DNA from: Octopus sinensis
Lineage: Eukaryota
Length of the DNA stretch: 64,000 bases
Assembly (NCBI RefSeq): GCF_006345805.1
Contig: NC_043014.1
Location: forward strand, 13,888,001-13,952,000
Direction of reading: 5' to 3'
Shown: in pieces, positions 1 through 11,626 of the stretch
How the letters are laid out: each line of letters begins with the position of its first letter
How positions within the stretch are numbered: position 1 is the first letter of the stretch
The notes under the pieces: generated by a model
What the model was told of the DNA's origin: nothing
Seen by the model: only the letters and a program-made list of their open reading frames with translations
Databases searched by the model: none
Program-made: the position numbers and the translations under genes

Positions 1-227
1 TTTTCGCCACAAAATGTTTCTGCTGCATTCATATAATAATACTATTCGGGGGGGAAAGTGTATAAAGGTCATTGGCAGATTACATCTATCTCAGCGGAAA
101 AAATCTAATAACATTGATTAGCAGGATTAATAATTCTTCAAGCTCCTCTGTGTCAGTTTAGTATTTATCACTGACACTAATAATTGTTGCACTTTTCCAA
201 AAGAATGTAATGAAACAAAGCACGGTA

Positions 228-572
228 GTTGCAGTAGTAGTAGTAGTATTGATGGTGGTGGTGGTGGTAGTAGTATTGATGGTAGTAGTAGTAGTAATAG
301 TAGTATTGATGGTAGTAGTAGTATTGATGGTGGTAGTAGTAGTAGAAGTAGTAGTAGTATTGATGGTGGTGGTAGTAGTAGTAGCAGTAGTGATGGTAGT
401 AGTAGTAGTAGTAGTAGTAATGATAGTGGTGGTGGTAGTAGTATTGATAGTGGTGGTGGTAGTAGTATTGATAGTAGTAGTATTGATGGTAGTAGTAGTA
501 GTAGTAGTAGCAGCAGCAGCAGTAGTAGTAGCAGTAGTAGTAGTATTGATGGTGATGATGGTAGTAGTAGTA
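228..572. repeat. Compound trinucleotide microsatellite (GTA/GTG with interspersed TTG-ATG)
   Basis: Near-pure GTA/GTG runs with a recurring GTATTGATG motif; explains the poly-Val ORF 210-581. Confidence 0.95.
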
Positions 573-1374
573 ATTTACTAGACTAGGTGATATTCATGGG
601 GACAAGATGCAAGATTTTACATCAAATCTTAAAAAATTAAAAACAAAACAAAAAAAAAGCACGTTACTATTCTCTTAGTGCAAATTAAACTGTTACAATA
701 GAATGAAGAGGGAATTCTTGATACTAATAAAAAGAAAAGTAAAAAAAAAAAACCGGTTAGCAACATATACCAGAGATTTAGCAATGTAAAAAGAATATTT
801 TTTTTTCTAAATAAAACAAACGACTGAGACTGGGAATGAAATAATCCCTATAAACCAAAGACAAAAACCAAAAATAAAATAAAAAACAGTCTAGAAAAAC
901 ATAACAATGTTAAACAGCAGCACTTTGCACGGTTAAAATGTTGACGTATCAAATGTACACGTAATCTATTCTATTAAAATAATTAAGTAATGCTGCTAAT
1001 TTCGTAAGAGAGAGAGAGGAGATGTGAAACTGGTGCTTATAATCGAGTAATGGAAAGTAGCACTGAAACAATTAAAGAGCTATTTTGGTTGGGTTATAAA
1101 GGAAAACAAGACTGCTACGGGGGGATAACGAGCTAAGAAAGCTATTCCAGGTAACTGAGTAAGATTAGTTCAATTTGGTAAACTTGCCAGGGATATTATA
1201 AAATTGGACAGATAATGTTAAGTGCATATTACTGAATTACTGAATGTCTTGTGGGTTTTTTTTAAATTTTCATTTTATTTATTTTTCTCTTTTTACACAC
1301 GGCAAGTCAATCTATTTTGATTTACCTGTGGAAACAAGTGTTCGTTTCATAAAGGTAACATGTTTTGTGAGAAT

Positions 1375-1775
1375 GGATTGGCTGTGTAGTTAAGAAGATT
1401 GCTTTGTAGCCATGTGGTTCTGGGTTTACTTAGAGTGCACAGTACCTCAGGTAAGTGTCTTGGGCCAACATATGTCTTGTGAGTGAATTTGGCAGAGGGA
1501 AACTGCATGGAAGCCCATCGTGTGTGTGTGTGTAAGAGGGGGTGCATTGGTGTTTGTCCTTCTCACCCTCACACAACTTAACAATCAATTTTGGTTTGTC
1601 CACATTTCTGTAACTTAGCAGTTCAGCTAAAGAGATTGATAGAATAAGTACCAGACTCATAAAAAAAAGAGAAACAAATAAATATAAGTACAGGAATTGG
1701 TTTGTTTGATTAAGGCCCTTCAAGGCAGTGCTCCAGCATGGCCACAGTCTAATGACTGAAACGAGAAAAGAGAAA
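1375..1775 (+). mobile_element. SINE-A (tRNA-derived, central microsatellite), diverged copy
   Basis: Aligns by eye to the copy at 30306-30720 from head (GGCTGTGT..AAG) to tail (CAGCATGGCCACAGTCTAATGACTGAAAC). Confidence 0.85.
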
Positions 1776-2024
1776 TACAAAAACGGAGAGAGAGAGAGAG
1801 AGAGAGAGAAGCAAAACAAATCTCAAAGCATAAAACCAAATTATCATCATGGTTTAGCATCAGCTGGAAGATTCTACAATAAACCTTTCAATACATCTTG
1901 AAAGCTGTAGCACCTCATCTCATTTGTAAGACACAACATTTTCTCGCTACATTGTGCCAAGCCCCCTTTGGCGCATGGCACAGTCACTAGTCTCTTTCTT
2001 AACAGGCTTCACTTTCTTGTAAGC

Positions 2025-2430
2025 TTTTACTTTTTACTCGTTTCGGTCATTTGACTGTGGCCATGCTGGGGGACTGCCTCGAAGAGTTTTAGTCAAACAA
2101 ATCGAACCTGGGGCTTTTTTCATTTAAAGCCTAATAATACTTATTCTATCAGTATCTTTTGCCAAACTGCTAAGTTAAGTAAACAAACACCAACACCAGT
2201 TGTCAAGCAGTGGAGGGAGACACACATACACACACACATACACAGATATATACTTATATAAACATGATGGGTTTCTTTCAGTTTCTCGTCTACCAAATCC
2301 ACTCTTAAGGCTTTGACTGACCCAGGACTATAGAAAAAGCACTTGCCCAAAGTGTCGCACAGTGGGACTGAACCCACAACCATGTGATTGGGAAGCAAGC
2401 GTCTTACCACACAGCCACACCTGTGCCTGT
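2025..2430 (-). mobile_element. SINE-A copy
   Basis: Reverse complement of SINE-A, including the tail TTTTACT(C/T)GTTTC(G/A)GTCATTTGACTG and the head CTTACCACACAGCCAC. Confidence 0.85.
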
Positions 2431-2935
2431 AAGTTGATCTTGGTTCCCATTTTCTTAGCTTTTCTTTTGCCTTTTACCTGTTTTAGTCATTAGACAGCAG
2501 CCATGTCGGGGTACCACCTTGAAGGGATTAGTTGAACAAATCAACCCCGGTAATTATTCTATTGGTCTCTTTTGCCAAACTGCTAAGTTATAAGGACATT
2601 AAAAAAAATCAGGCAATGGTGAGAAACAAATACAAAAACACACACACACATGCATACATATAAATACATGTCATCATCATTTTTTTCTTAATGTCCACTT
2701 TTCCATGCCAGCATGGATTAGACAGAGTTTATTGAGGGAGATTGTCTAAAGCCGGATGCCTTCACCTGTTTCCAAACAAGATAATATTTCTCCATGATCA
2801 AACATTTTTCCATCGAATACTAAAATGAGTGACATTCACTTACCACAATATCAAGTTGAAGAAATACAAACACACACATGCTGATGCATGCATGGGTGCA
2901 CAGACACACACACACACATATATAAAGAAAAGTAA

Positions 2936-3260
2936 AGACCTCCTTTGGTCATGAATGATCATGGGATTGCTCCTAGAAAGTTCTCCATAAAAGCAAGGTT
3001 GTTTATGGAAGACCAGCAGTTGCCCATGCATACCAGTTTCCCCTTTCCATGCCACTGATGTTATCCAAGGGAAAGGCAAAGGCCAGTATAGCTAGGCATC
3101 AGTGATGTCACAACTCATTTCTACAGCTGAGTAAACTAGAGCAATATGAAATAAAGTGTCTTGTTCAAGAACACAACACTCAGCTTGGCCTGGGAATTGA
3201 ACTCACTACCTCAAGATTGTGAGCCCAATGCTCTAGCCAATAAGCCAAAGCCATGCACCT
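2936..3260 (-). mobile_element. SINE-C-related copy (shared head, alternative tail); also at ~53110-53420 and ~55385-55740
   Basis: Shares GAGCAACATGAAATAAAGTGTCTTG..GAACACAAC and the tRNA-like head with 38471-38795 but has a different 3' half. Confidence 0.75.
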
Positions 3261-3263
3261 ATA

Positions 3264-3295
<32 letters not shown>

Positions 3296-3299
3296 AATA

Positions 3300-3753
3300 T
3301 ACAGCAAATATTCTGCACAATACCACAGATTTGCTTGTCAGTTGTTTGACCTTAACCAGTTGGGCATGTCCCTTAGTGGCTGACGATATGTGCATCTCTG
3401 ATCATGAGCAGAAGTGGTGGGGGAGCATCATAGCCATGTGCTCAGAGGGATTCTTTGGGGTTTGAATAATTCACCTCTGGAAACATGGGTGGTTCTTTCA
3501 ACATCCTTAAACAACCCTTATTCAGGGACCTTTTGAGTGGGATGGGCTACTCAACCTGAAGAAAATTCTAACTGGGCCCCACTTGCAAGGTCATGTGCTG
3601 TTTATCTTGATATGAGATCACCATGTCGCGCACATATGGTTGTGATGCATGTGCCTAGTGTATCCTTATCAGACGGGTAGTCATGATGGGTATATTGGGC
3701 TTCGTATATTTTACCCCAGTGTCATTTTGATGGCATGAACTGCTCTCTCACTC
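3300..3753 (+). mobile_element. (AAT)n-embedded ~550 bp element, 5'-truncated copy
   Basis: High identity to 36687-37231 and to the reverse complement of 32040-32595; ends CTCTCTCACTC followed by (AAT)n. Confidence 0.9.
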
Positions 3754-3882
3754 AATAATGATAATAATGATAATGACAATAATAATAATAATAATAATAA
3801 AGGGTAAAATTAATTAATCAATCAATAATTTTACCAAGTAGTTCAGTATGTTAAAAGAACCATTATCGGTAACCTTACACAA

Positions 3883-4133
3883 AAATTCTATAATTATAAG
3901 CATAATTATAATTAGGGTTCAGCAAAATTGCTTCACCACATACCAACATTTAGAAATAGGAGTTAAATACTATTCCTCTACCATAAGATATCTCCCAGAC
4001 AGCAATACTCTCAACTCATGCAGCAACTCTTTACCTGCGGAGTGGAATAGTATTTAACTGCTATTTCTAAATTTCGGTACGTGGTGAAGCAATTTTGTGG
4101 AACCCTAATTATGATTATGCTTATAATTATAGA

Positions 4134-4137
<4 letters not shown>
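3883..4137. mobile_element. Fold-back MITE with ~95 bp terminal inverted repeats
   Basis: 3883-3979 is the reverse complement of 4041-4137 (AAATTCTATAATTATAAGCAT... / ...ATGCTTATAATTATAGAATTT). Confidence 0.85.
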
Positions 4138-4170
<33 letters not shown>

Positions 4171-4606
4171 TATGACAGGCTTCCACACTTTTGTGTACCA
4201 AATTCACTCACAAAGCATTGCTCAACCCAGGACACTCACCCGAAGTGCTATGCAGTGGGACTGAACCTGAAACCATGTGATTTCAAAGCAAGCTTCTTAT
4301 CCACATAGCTATGTCTGCACCTATATTTTCTCTAAATCTCATGCCCTTCTACTAGAAGTTACTAATCATTAATCTACATTATTTAACCCAAGACCAGCTC
4401 CCCCACCCCTAAGTGAGTGGCCCATGAGTGAAAGACACTCTTGCCATGACCACCTTGTCTGTTTTCTTTTAGGTTTGATTTCTGCTTTTATTTTAAGACA
4501 ATAGATTGTAATATGAAGGAGGTTTCTAAGAAGTGGTGGTTCGTTCAATGGCGGAAACAGCCAAGGCTAGCTAAGACTAAACACAGATTTATGTAGCGAC
4601 ATTTAA

Positions 4607-4828
4607 CCCTTTAGTGTTCACATTATTCTGCCAAAATTAATCCTTTTTTATCCACATTGTTTTGAACTAATCATGCATTATCTTGTAGCTTTGAGATTTT
4701 GATGAAGTAGCTGTTAATTTTTAAAACGATATTGTAGGGTTGGTGTGAAGAGGTCAGACCTGGCCAGTTTGAACATAAAACAGGCAGAATACTTTTGGCC
4801 GGATATGGCCGGTTTAAATGCTAAAGGG
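4607..4828. mobile_element. piggyBac-type MITE, family 1
   Basis: TTAA|CCCTTTAG ... CTAAAGGG|TTAA; related copies at ~46994, ~53430 and ~54775. Confidence 0.85.
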
Positions 4829-5593
4829 TTAAAAGCACAAGGATAAAAATAAATTTGAAAAGAAACCCAAGCATACAAAAAAAAATAACAAAATAGGGAA
4901 AAGTAAGGAAAAAACCCAGAAGTATTTGAAAACAAACAATATGCCAAAATGAATATTAAATTTACCAAAATTGATATGACATAGAGAAATGAAGACTATA
5001 TAGAAAACAATAAACAATACTAAAACAAAAAGGTTAGAAGAAGAATGAAAAATATATAACAAAGAGCATTAACAAATGGTACATTTAAATATTTTAATTT
5101 TAATGAAATGAAATTAATTATCAATTGATACAGCATGATGTGCCTATGAATAAGAAGTAGAGAACAAGAAAATAGGTAAAAAAAGAAATGATAATTTGAT
5201 AGACTCTCAAAATAAGTGTTTCACAAAAATATCAGTAAAATGATAATAAAAAAAAAGATATATTCGTAAAAGCACGTGGAAAAAGAAAATTATAATCTCA
5301 TTTCATTATGGAAGACTGTTTCCATGGATACAGCAGAGTATTATTCTAAAAAAAAAAAAAAATTGTATAACGTATGTAGTATTGAGATAGAAAATAGTAT
5401 AAAGACGGAAATATGTCAAGGTTGATGTATTAACTGGGCTGTGTAATCCGTATCAGCTTAGAGAAACTGATATAAAACTGATTATGATGAACAATGATGA
5501 AGAAGAATGATGACATTAAACCAAATATAATGATTTGTAGGTTCAAAAATTAAATATATATATATGTATATATATATCATTATTTTGCTGATA

Positions 5594-5858
5594 TATCTGT
5601 AAATGTAATATTTGACAATTATTCGGTAGCCATGATAAAACTCCGAGTTTCGGATGTCGGGGTAGAAATCCACACCACCATCTCTTCAGTTATCCGGCTA
5701 TCGGAAAAAAATGCTATGATTTTCATAGATTTTCATAGCATTTTTTTCCGATGGCCGGATAACTGAAGAGATGGTGGCGTGGATTTCCACCTCGACATCC
5801 GAAACTCTGAGTTTTATCATGGCTACCGAATAATTGTTGCATATTACATTTACAGATA
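5594..5858. mobile_element. Almost fully palindromic MITE (265 bp)
   Basis: Arms of ~125 bp with about 8 mismatches, a ~12 bp centre and TA at both ends. Confidence 0.9.
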
Positions 5859-6426
5859 AATTTTTCTATTTACATAATATCAAGGTCTCTTTCATTCTTT
5901 TGTTGTCTTACCATTTCTATCAATATATATATATACTTTTTCTTGCAGTAGAAGAAATAGCCAAATTTTTGGCTGCTATTTGTAAAAAGTTTGGTATGTG
6001 GTAAAGTAAATTATTTTACTTTACCCTATTTTTATAAAGTAATATTTCAAATATACCGTAAATGGTCGTTTTACATAACGAACACTGCTCGGTCAAATTA
6101 ATTAATACTTAATTAATTTTACCCTTTTTTATTGACAATATATATATATATATATATAAATGTGTGTGTGTGTGTGCTATTTGGTAACAATTTGCTTCAG
6201 CTCCATACAACTCAAAGTTTTGTGGGCTCGGAGAATGAACCTAGCTCATCAAGCACACAGAGATCAAGTAACAAGAAATAAGTCAAATTCCAGATGGCTT
6301 CAAGATGTTAGGCTCCTATTGGTCAACTCAGATCACATGGTGTTAGTAGTTTGGAAGCAAGGTCAGTTATCATCTTTGTTTTCAGGCCAATGTGGTCCAA
6401 TAGGATGTTGGCAGGCAGCTGTCACT

Positions 6427-6560
6427 ACTACAAGGAGGGGCTGTTAAGTTCCTGGCTTTAAGGGTATCACGAAAGGCCTTGTTGGGCCTTCCTTTTACAG
6501 GGCTTAGAAAAACTGAAGGACTGCTGCAATAAGTGTGTGAATCTGAGAGGGGAATATCTT
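6427..6560 (+). mobile_element. Short mariner-derived remnant; second copy at ~40265-40405
   Basis: TACAAGG..GGG..AAGTTCCTGG terminus plus a decayed transposase C-terminus (GLEKLKDCCNKCVNLRGE-like). Confidence 0.65.
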
Positions 6561-6999
6561 TTATCTTTTACTTGTTTCAGTCATTTAACTTGAAGCATAC
6601 TAGGGCCTTGAAGGGGTTTAGTTGATCAAATTGACCCTATGGTTTGTTATGTTTTTAAGCCTAGCACTTATTCTATCAGTTCCTTTTGCTGAACCACTAA
6701 GTTAAGGGGATGTCATCAACTTGTTGCAATTGCTGCTACACATGATGGAACAGAGTGTTGCTGCATGTTAGTGGAGGACCAAAACTACTGAGTGGCAACA
6801 ACTTTTCCATAGTAGTAACCTGAGTTTGTGGTGTTATATTAAAATTTGATGGTGCTCGGTTGGACTGTCAGTATGGATGATATACCACCTCAGGTTTGCC
6901 TGCTCCATACTCAGAGAGCATGGTACTTAAACCCTATCACCTATGTAGACTAACTCCCTATCTATATTGACAGTCTAACCTAGCACCATCTAACTTTAA

Positions 7000-7219
7000 C
7001 CCTTTCGTTACCAACCTGGCTGAAACTGGCTCTGGATCTGAGTACAAACATCTTGTTTTCATAAGTTTTGAATTAAAATCTTCCATCAAACCTTAGTCAC
7101 AATTTATGTTCCTAACAGTAGCTAAATGATAACTAAGTTATTTTACTAAATTCTTAGTTATATTTAAAGTAACTGAAAGAAACACAGAGCACCTCAAAAT
7201 AAATACAGTAACAAAAGGG
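7000..7219. mobile_element. piggyBac-type MITE, family 2
   Basis: TTAA|CCCTTTCGTTAC ... GTAACAAAAGGG|TTAA; related copies at 47206-47718. Confidence 0.85.
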
Positions 7220-8506
7220 TTAATCCAGCACCACAAAATCTGGTTGATCCCACAGAAAGACTATCACTGTTATAGTGTTAGTCCTCCACTAATCCACAAA
7301 AACACCCCACTATGCCAGCCATGTGTGACAGCAGATGCAATGAACTGATGTTGTTACATAAGCTATACTGGAGCCTCCAGACATAGTGGTAATGACTACC
7401 AACCAACGTCCTGTCGTACCACATAGATCTGAGAACAAAAATAAGAACTGATGTCGCTTCCAAACCAATAACCCTATGCAAGCTGAGTTGAACAATAGAG
7501 GCCTAACATCTAGCAACCATCTGGAATTTGTCATATATCCTGTTACTTGATCTCCAAATGCCCAATGAGCCAATGAAACTTTAAACTGTTATTAAATAAT
7601 TCATGTAACCCATACCAAATATATTGAGTGTCTCTTTCATTTGTTCACTTACTCATGTATATACATATCATCATCATTATCATGTAACATCCACCATTCC
7701 TTCTGAATCATGACTCAGATGGAGTTTGTTAGGGTAGATTTTGTGGGTGGACTCTCTTCCTGTCACCAACCCTCACCTGTTTCTAAGCAAGTTAATATTT
7801 TCCTATACCTAGACATGTTTTCATCGAATACTGGAAACAAACAACCCCACTTGTATAACAATGATGCTCATTTACAGCCATCATATGACATCATGACAAG
7901 AGTACACACACACACACACGACAGACTTCTTTCAGTTCCCATCTACCAAATCCACTCGCAAGGTTCGACTATGGTTGGCATAAGGCTATTGTAGAAGACA
8001 CTTAGCCAAGGTGTCATGCAGTAGGACTGAACCTAAAACCATGTGCTTGGGAAGCAAGCTCCTTAGCTACACAGCCACTTATGTCCTCTTTAGATGTTGG
8101 CATACATTGGATGGACAGACATGGTTTGATTCAGTTTTTATCCAGTTTCTAACCTTCAAAGTATGGTTGAGGCAGCATGCCTCACTCATATTTCATTTTG
8201 GCATGGTTTCTAAGATTGGATATCCTTCCTGACACCAACACTTTACAGAGTGAGGTAGTGCCGGTGACACATAAAAAACACCCGCTACACTCTCAGAGTG
8301 GTTGGTGCTAGGAAGGGAATCTAGCTGTAGATCAGACTGGAGCCTGGTACAGCCTCCTAGCTTCCCAGACCCCAGTCGAACTGTCCAAACCATGCCAGCA
8401 TGGAAAACGGATATTAAATGATGATGATGATGACACTTCTTAAAGCAGTCTTCCCTTCTTAAGACAGCAGGTTGTAGGGGAGATGTGTCTAATGCCATGG
8501 AGAAAA

Positions 8507-9058
8507 CATTGGGCCTCACAGAGGCAATGACAAAAGGCCGAGACCTCTGGAGATATGCTGTGACTGTGAAGACCCAGCAAATAAAGTGAGTTCACAGCTG
8601 TAACCTACAGCAGTGTTGCATAACCAGCCCAGTCAAAAGTACCTTGGATTGTAGGGGCGACATGCTATGCTTGACAAGACCTATTGAGTCAAGTACATCA
8701 AAATCAAATCAAATCACAATCAAATGGAAATTGTAGTTGTGATCCCTGTGCTGGTGGCATGTAAAAAGCACCATCCAAACGTGGCTGATGCCAGCGCCGC
8801 CTTGACTGGCTTCCGTGCCGGTGACACGTAAAAAGCACCATCAAATCATGGTCAATGCCAGTCCCCTCTGGCTCCTGTGCCGGTGACACATAAAAAACAC
8901 CCGCTACACTCTCAGAGTGGTTGGTGCTAGGAAGGGAATCTAGCTGTAGATCAGACTGGAGCCTGGTACAGCCTCCTAGCTTCCCAGACCCCAGTCGAAC
9001 TGTCCAAACCATGCCAGCATGGAAAACGGATGTTAAATGATGATGATGATGATGATGA
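8507..9058 (+). mobile_element. RTE LINE 3' end (ORF tail plus 3'UTR ending in (GAT)n)
   Basis: Translates to LGLTEAMTKGRDLWRYAVTVKT, matching the end of the RTE ORF at 40668-41072. Confidence 0.85.
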
Positions 9059-9722
9059 CACTTCTTAAAGCAGTCTTCCCTTCTTAAGACAGCAGGTTGT
9101 AGGGGAGATGTGTCTAATGCCATGGAGAAAAGAGTGATTGTTGTATATATTTCTTTTTTTCACTTCAACAAAATAGTAACCATTTGCTTCAGTAATAAAT
9201 CTACTTTTATAAGTTTCTATCAGTTTTACAAAACCCAAACTGAGCAAATGAGAGAATTTTGACCTGGTAAATATAGCAGCTAAATCTCTCCAACCACACT
9301 CTGCCAGCTAACAAAAAACAAAGGAAAGGACTGATACACAAGGCCTAAAAGAAAGCAGAATAACCATGATTGAAATGACTTTGATCATAGATTGGCTTAA
9401 TTAGGATTGACACGAGTCAAGCAACAACAAAATCTAAACCATGCTGGTATGTGGGTTGATGACAATGTTTTTCCCTCATTATCTTCAAAAGACACTCAGT
9501 CTGACCAAGATTAAAAACCAGTTTTTAATTCAGATAATGTTGCAATGTATCAAATTTTCTTTTAAAAACCAGACAATAATGAACAAAAAAAAAAAATAAA
9601 TAAAGTAAAACTAAGTCTGAGTAATGCAAAATCATTATAAAAGCATAAAGATATCAGGAATGAAATAAATGAATAAATATCAGGTCAAGTATGTAAATGT
9701 GTGAAGTTAAGACTAGATTAAC

Positions 9723-10397
9723 ATCATCATCATCATTGTTTAGTGTCCGCTTTCCATGCTAGCATGGGTTGGACGGTTCGACCGGGGATCTGGGAAGCCA
9801 GGAGGCTGCACCAGATCCAGTCTGATCTGGCAGTGTTTCTACGGCTGGAGGCCCTTCCTAACGCCAACGACTCCGTGAGTGTAGTGGGTGCTTTTTACGT
9901 GCCACCAGCAGAGGTGCCAGACGAGGCTGGCAAACGGCCATGATCGGATGGTGCTTTTTACGTGCCACAGGCATGGAGGCCAGGCGAGGCTGGCAATGGC
10001 CACGATCGGATGGTGCTTTTTACGTGCCACCTGCACAGGTGCCAGACGAGGCTGGCAAACGGCCACGATCGGATGGTGCTTTTTACGTGCCACGGGCACG
10101 GAGGCCAGGTGAGGGTGGCAACGGCCACGATCGGATGGTGCTTTTTATGTGACACCAGTACAGGTGCCAGACAAGGCTGGCAAACGGCCACGATCAGATG
10201 GTGCTTTTTACATGCCACGGAGGCCAGACGAGGGTGGCAACGGCCACGATCAGATGGTGCTTTTTACGTGCCACCAGCACAGGTGCCAGAAGAGGCTGGA
10301 AAACAGCCACGATCAGATGGTGCTTTTTACGTGCCACCAGCACAGGTGCCAGACGAGGCTGGCAAACGGCCACAATCGGATGGTGCTTTCACGTGAC
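9723..10397 (-). mobile_element. RTE 3'UTR fragment containing 8 tandem 56-63 bp units (9888-10397)
   Basis: (CAT)n tail at 9723; unit starts at 9888, 9951, 10013, 10076, 10138, 10201, 10257, 10320, 10383. Confidence 0.85.
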
Positions 10398-10998
10398 AAA
10401 AATGGTAGCACACTAGATTTAGAGTATTTAGTTCTCTCTTCATTCTAAGTTCAAATACCACTGGGATATCACCATATCAACTTTGCTTAATATCCATCCT
10501 GAACACTTCAGCTTCACCATCACCTGTGGTAATGCCATGAGCGTGTTGGCCCGCTTCAGTAAGTTCCATTAAACCTCGTGGTGTGCAACCAACTGAAGCA
10601 CTTAGTGTTAAATTGATGCTTTTTCTCTTTTTTTCTTTCTTTTTTCTTTTTCTTCACTCATGTTTATGTTGCCTTCAGTTCTGGATCTGTATTTTAATAT
10701 GGTTTTGTAAAATAAATGTATCGTATACATACATGTTATACACATAATCATTAAATTCATATCTTCATCCTCATGGAATACCTTTTACTTGTTTCAGTCA
10801 TGCTGGGGCCCTGAAGATTTTTTTTTCTTAGTTCACTAAATCAACCTCAATACTTATTTTTTTTTAAAGCTTATTACTTATTCTATCGATCTCTTTTGCC
10901 TAACCACTAAGTTATGGGGACATAAATGCACCAATACCAGCTGTCAAGTGGTGGTGGGAACAAACACGTGCGCGCACACACACACACATGATGATGTG

Positions 10999-11035
<37 letters not shown>

Positions 11036-11100
11036 ATATATACATATATGTGTATGTGTATATATATATGTGTGTGTATAAATATATATATATGTGTGTG

Positions 11101-11145
<45 letters not shown>

Positions 11146-11211
11146 GGCTGACCAAAGCGTGTAAGTGGATTTGACAGACGAAAACTGAAAGAAGTCCATT
11201 GTGTATATATA

Positions 11212-11269
<58 letters not shown>

Positions 11270-11478
11270 ATATATACACAATGAACTTCTTTCAGTTTCC
11301 GTCTATCAAATCCACTTACATGCTTTGGTCAGCCTAAAGTTATAGTAGAAGACACTTGTCTAAGGTGCTATACAGTGGGACTGAACCTGGAACCATGTGG
11401 TTGGGAAACAAGCTTCTTACCACATTTATAAAATTAAAATAAATTTTTTCTTTCTTCCAAATAAGAGATCCTCTATGT

Positions 11479-11626
11479 CAGTCATGGCCAAACTGCAACC
11501 TGTGGATCGCATGTGGTCTATGGGACTTTCTGATTGGTATACCTAATGAAAAATTACAGAGAACTTCTTCATAGGTGATGGGCCATGTCCAAAAGGTCTG
11601 CTTCTCGAAAAAGTTGCCCATGTCTG
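11479..11626. mobile_element. hAT-type MITE
   Basis: TIRs CAGTCATGGCCAAACT / AGTTGCCCATGTCTG; 8 bp TSD CTCTATGT / CTCAATGT. Confidence 0.85.

Larger units (their letters stand above)
6240..7572. repeat. Old large palindrome (fold-back) interrupted by younger insertions
   Basis: 6240-6426 plus 6716-6880 match the reverse complement of 7572-7224 plus 6999-6955. Confidence 0.75.

Noticed and set aside
210-581. Poly-Val membrane protein
   Set aside because: It is a trinucleotide microsatellite; the open frame is a property of the repeat.
6160-6447. Paralogous genes (ORFs 6160-6447 and 7310-7573)
   Set aside because: They are the two arms of a palindrome, show no recognisable domain and have no clear splice or start context.
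9888-10397. CRISPR array (33 bp repeat plus ~29 bp spacers)
   Set aside because: The spacers are only two related sequence types, there are no cas genes, the context is eukaryotic, and the unit is part of an RTE 3'UTR seen elsewhere in the window.
10450-10558. Coding exon FKYHWDITIS...SVLARF with AG/GTAAGT borders
   Set aside because: The 5' half resembles a decayed SINE-B (TTCTAAGTTCAAAT..CAACTTTGC..CATCC) and I recognise no protein.
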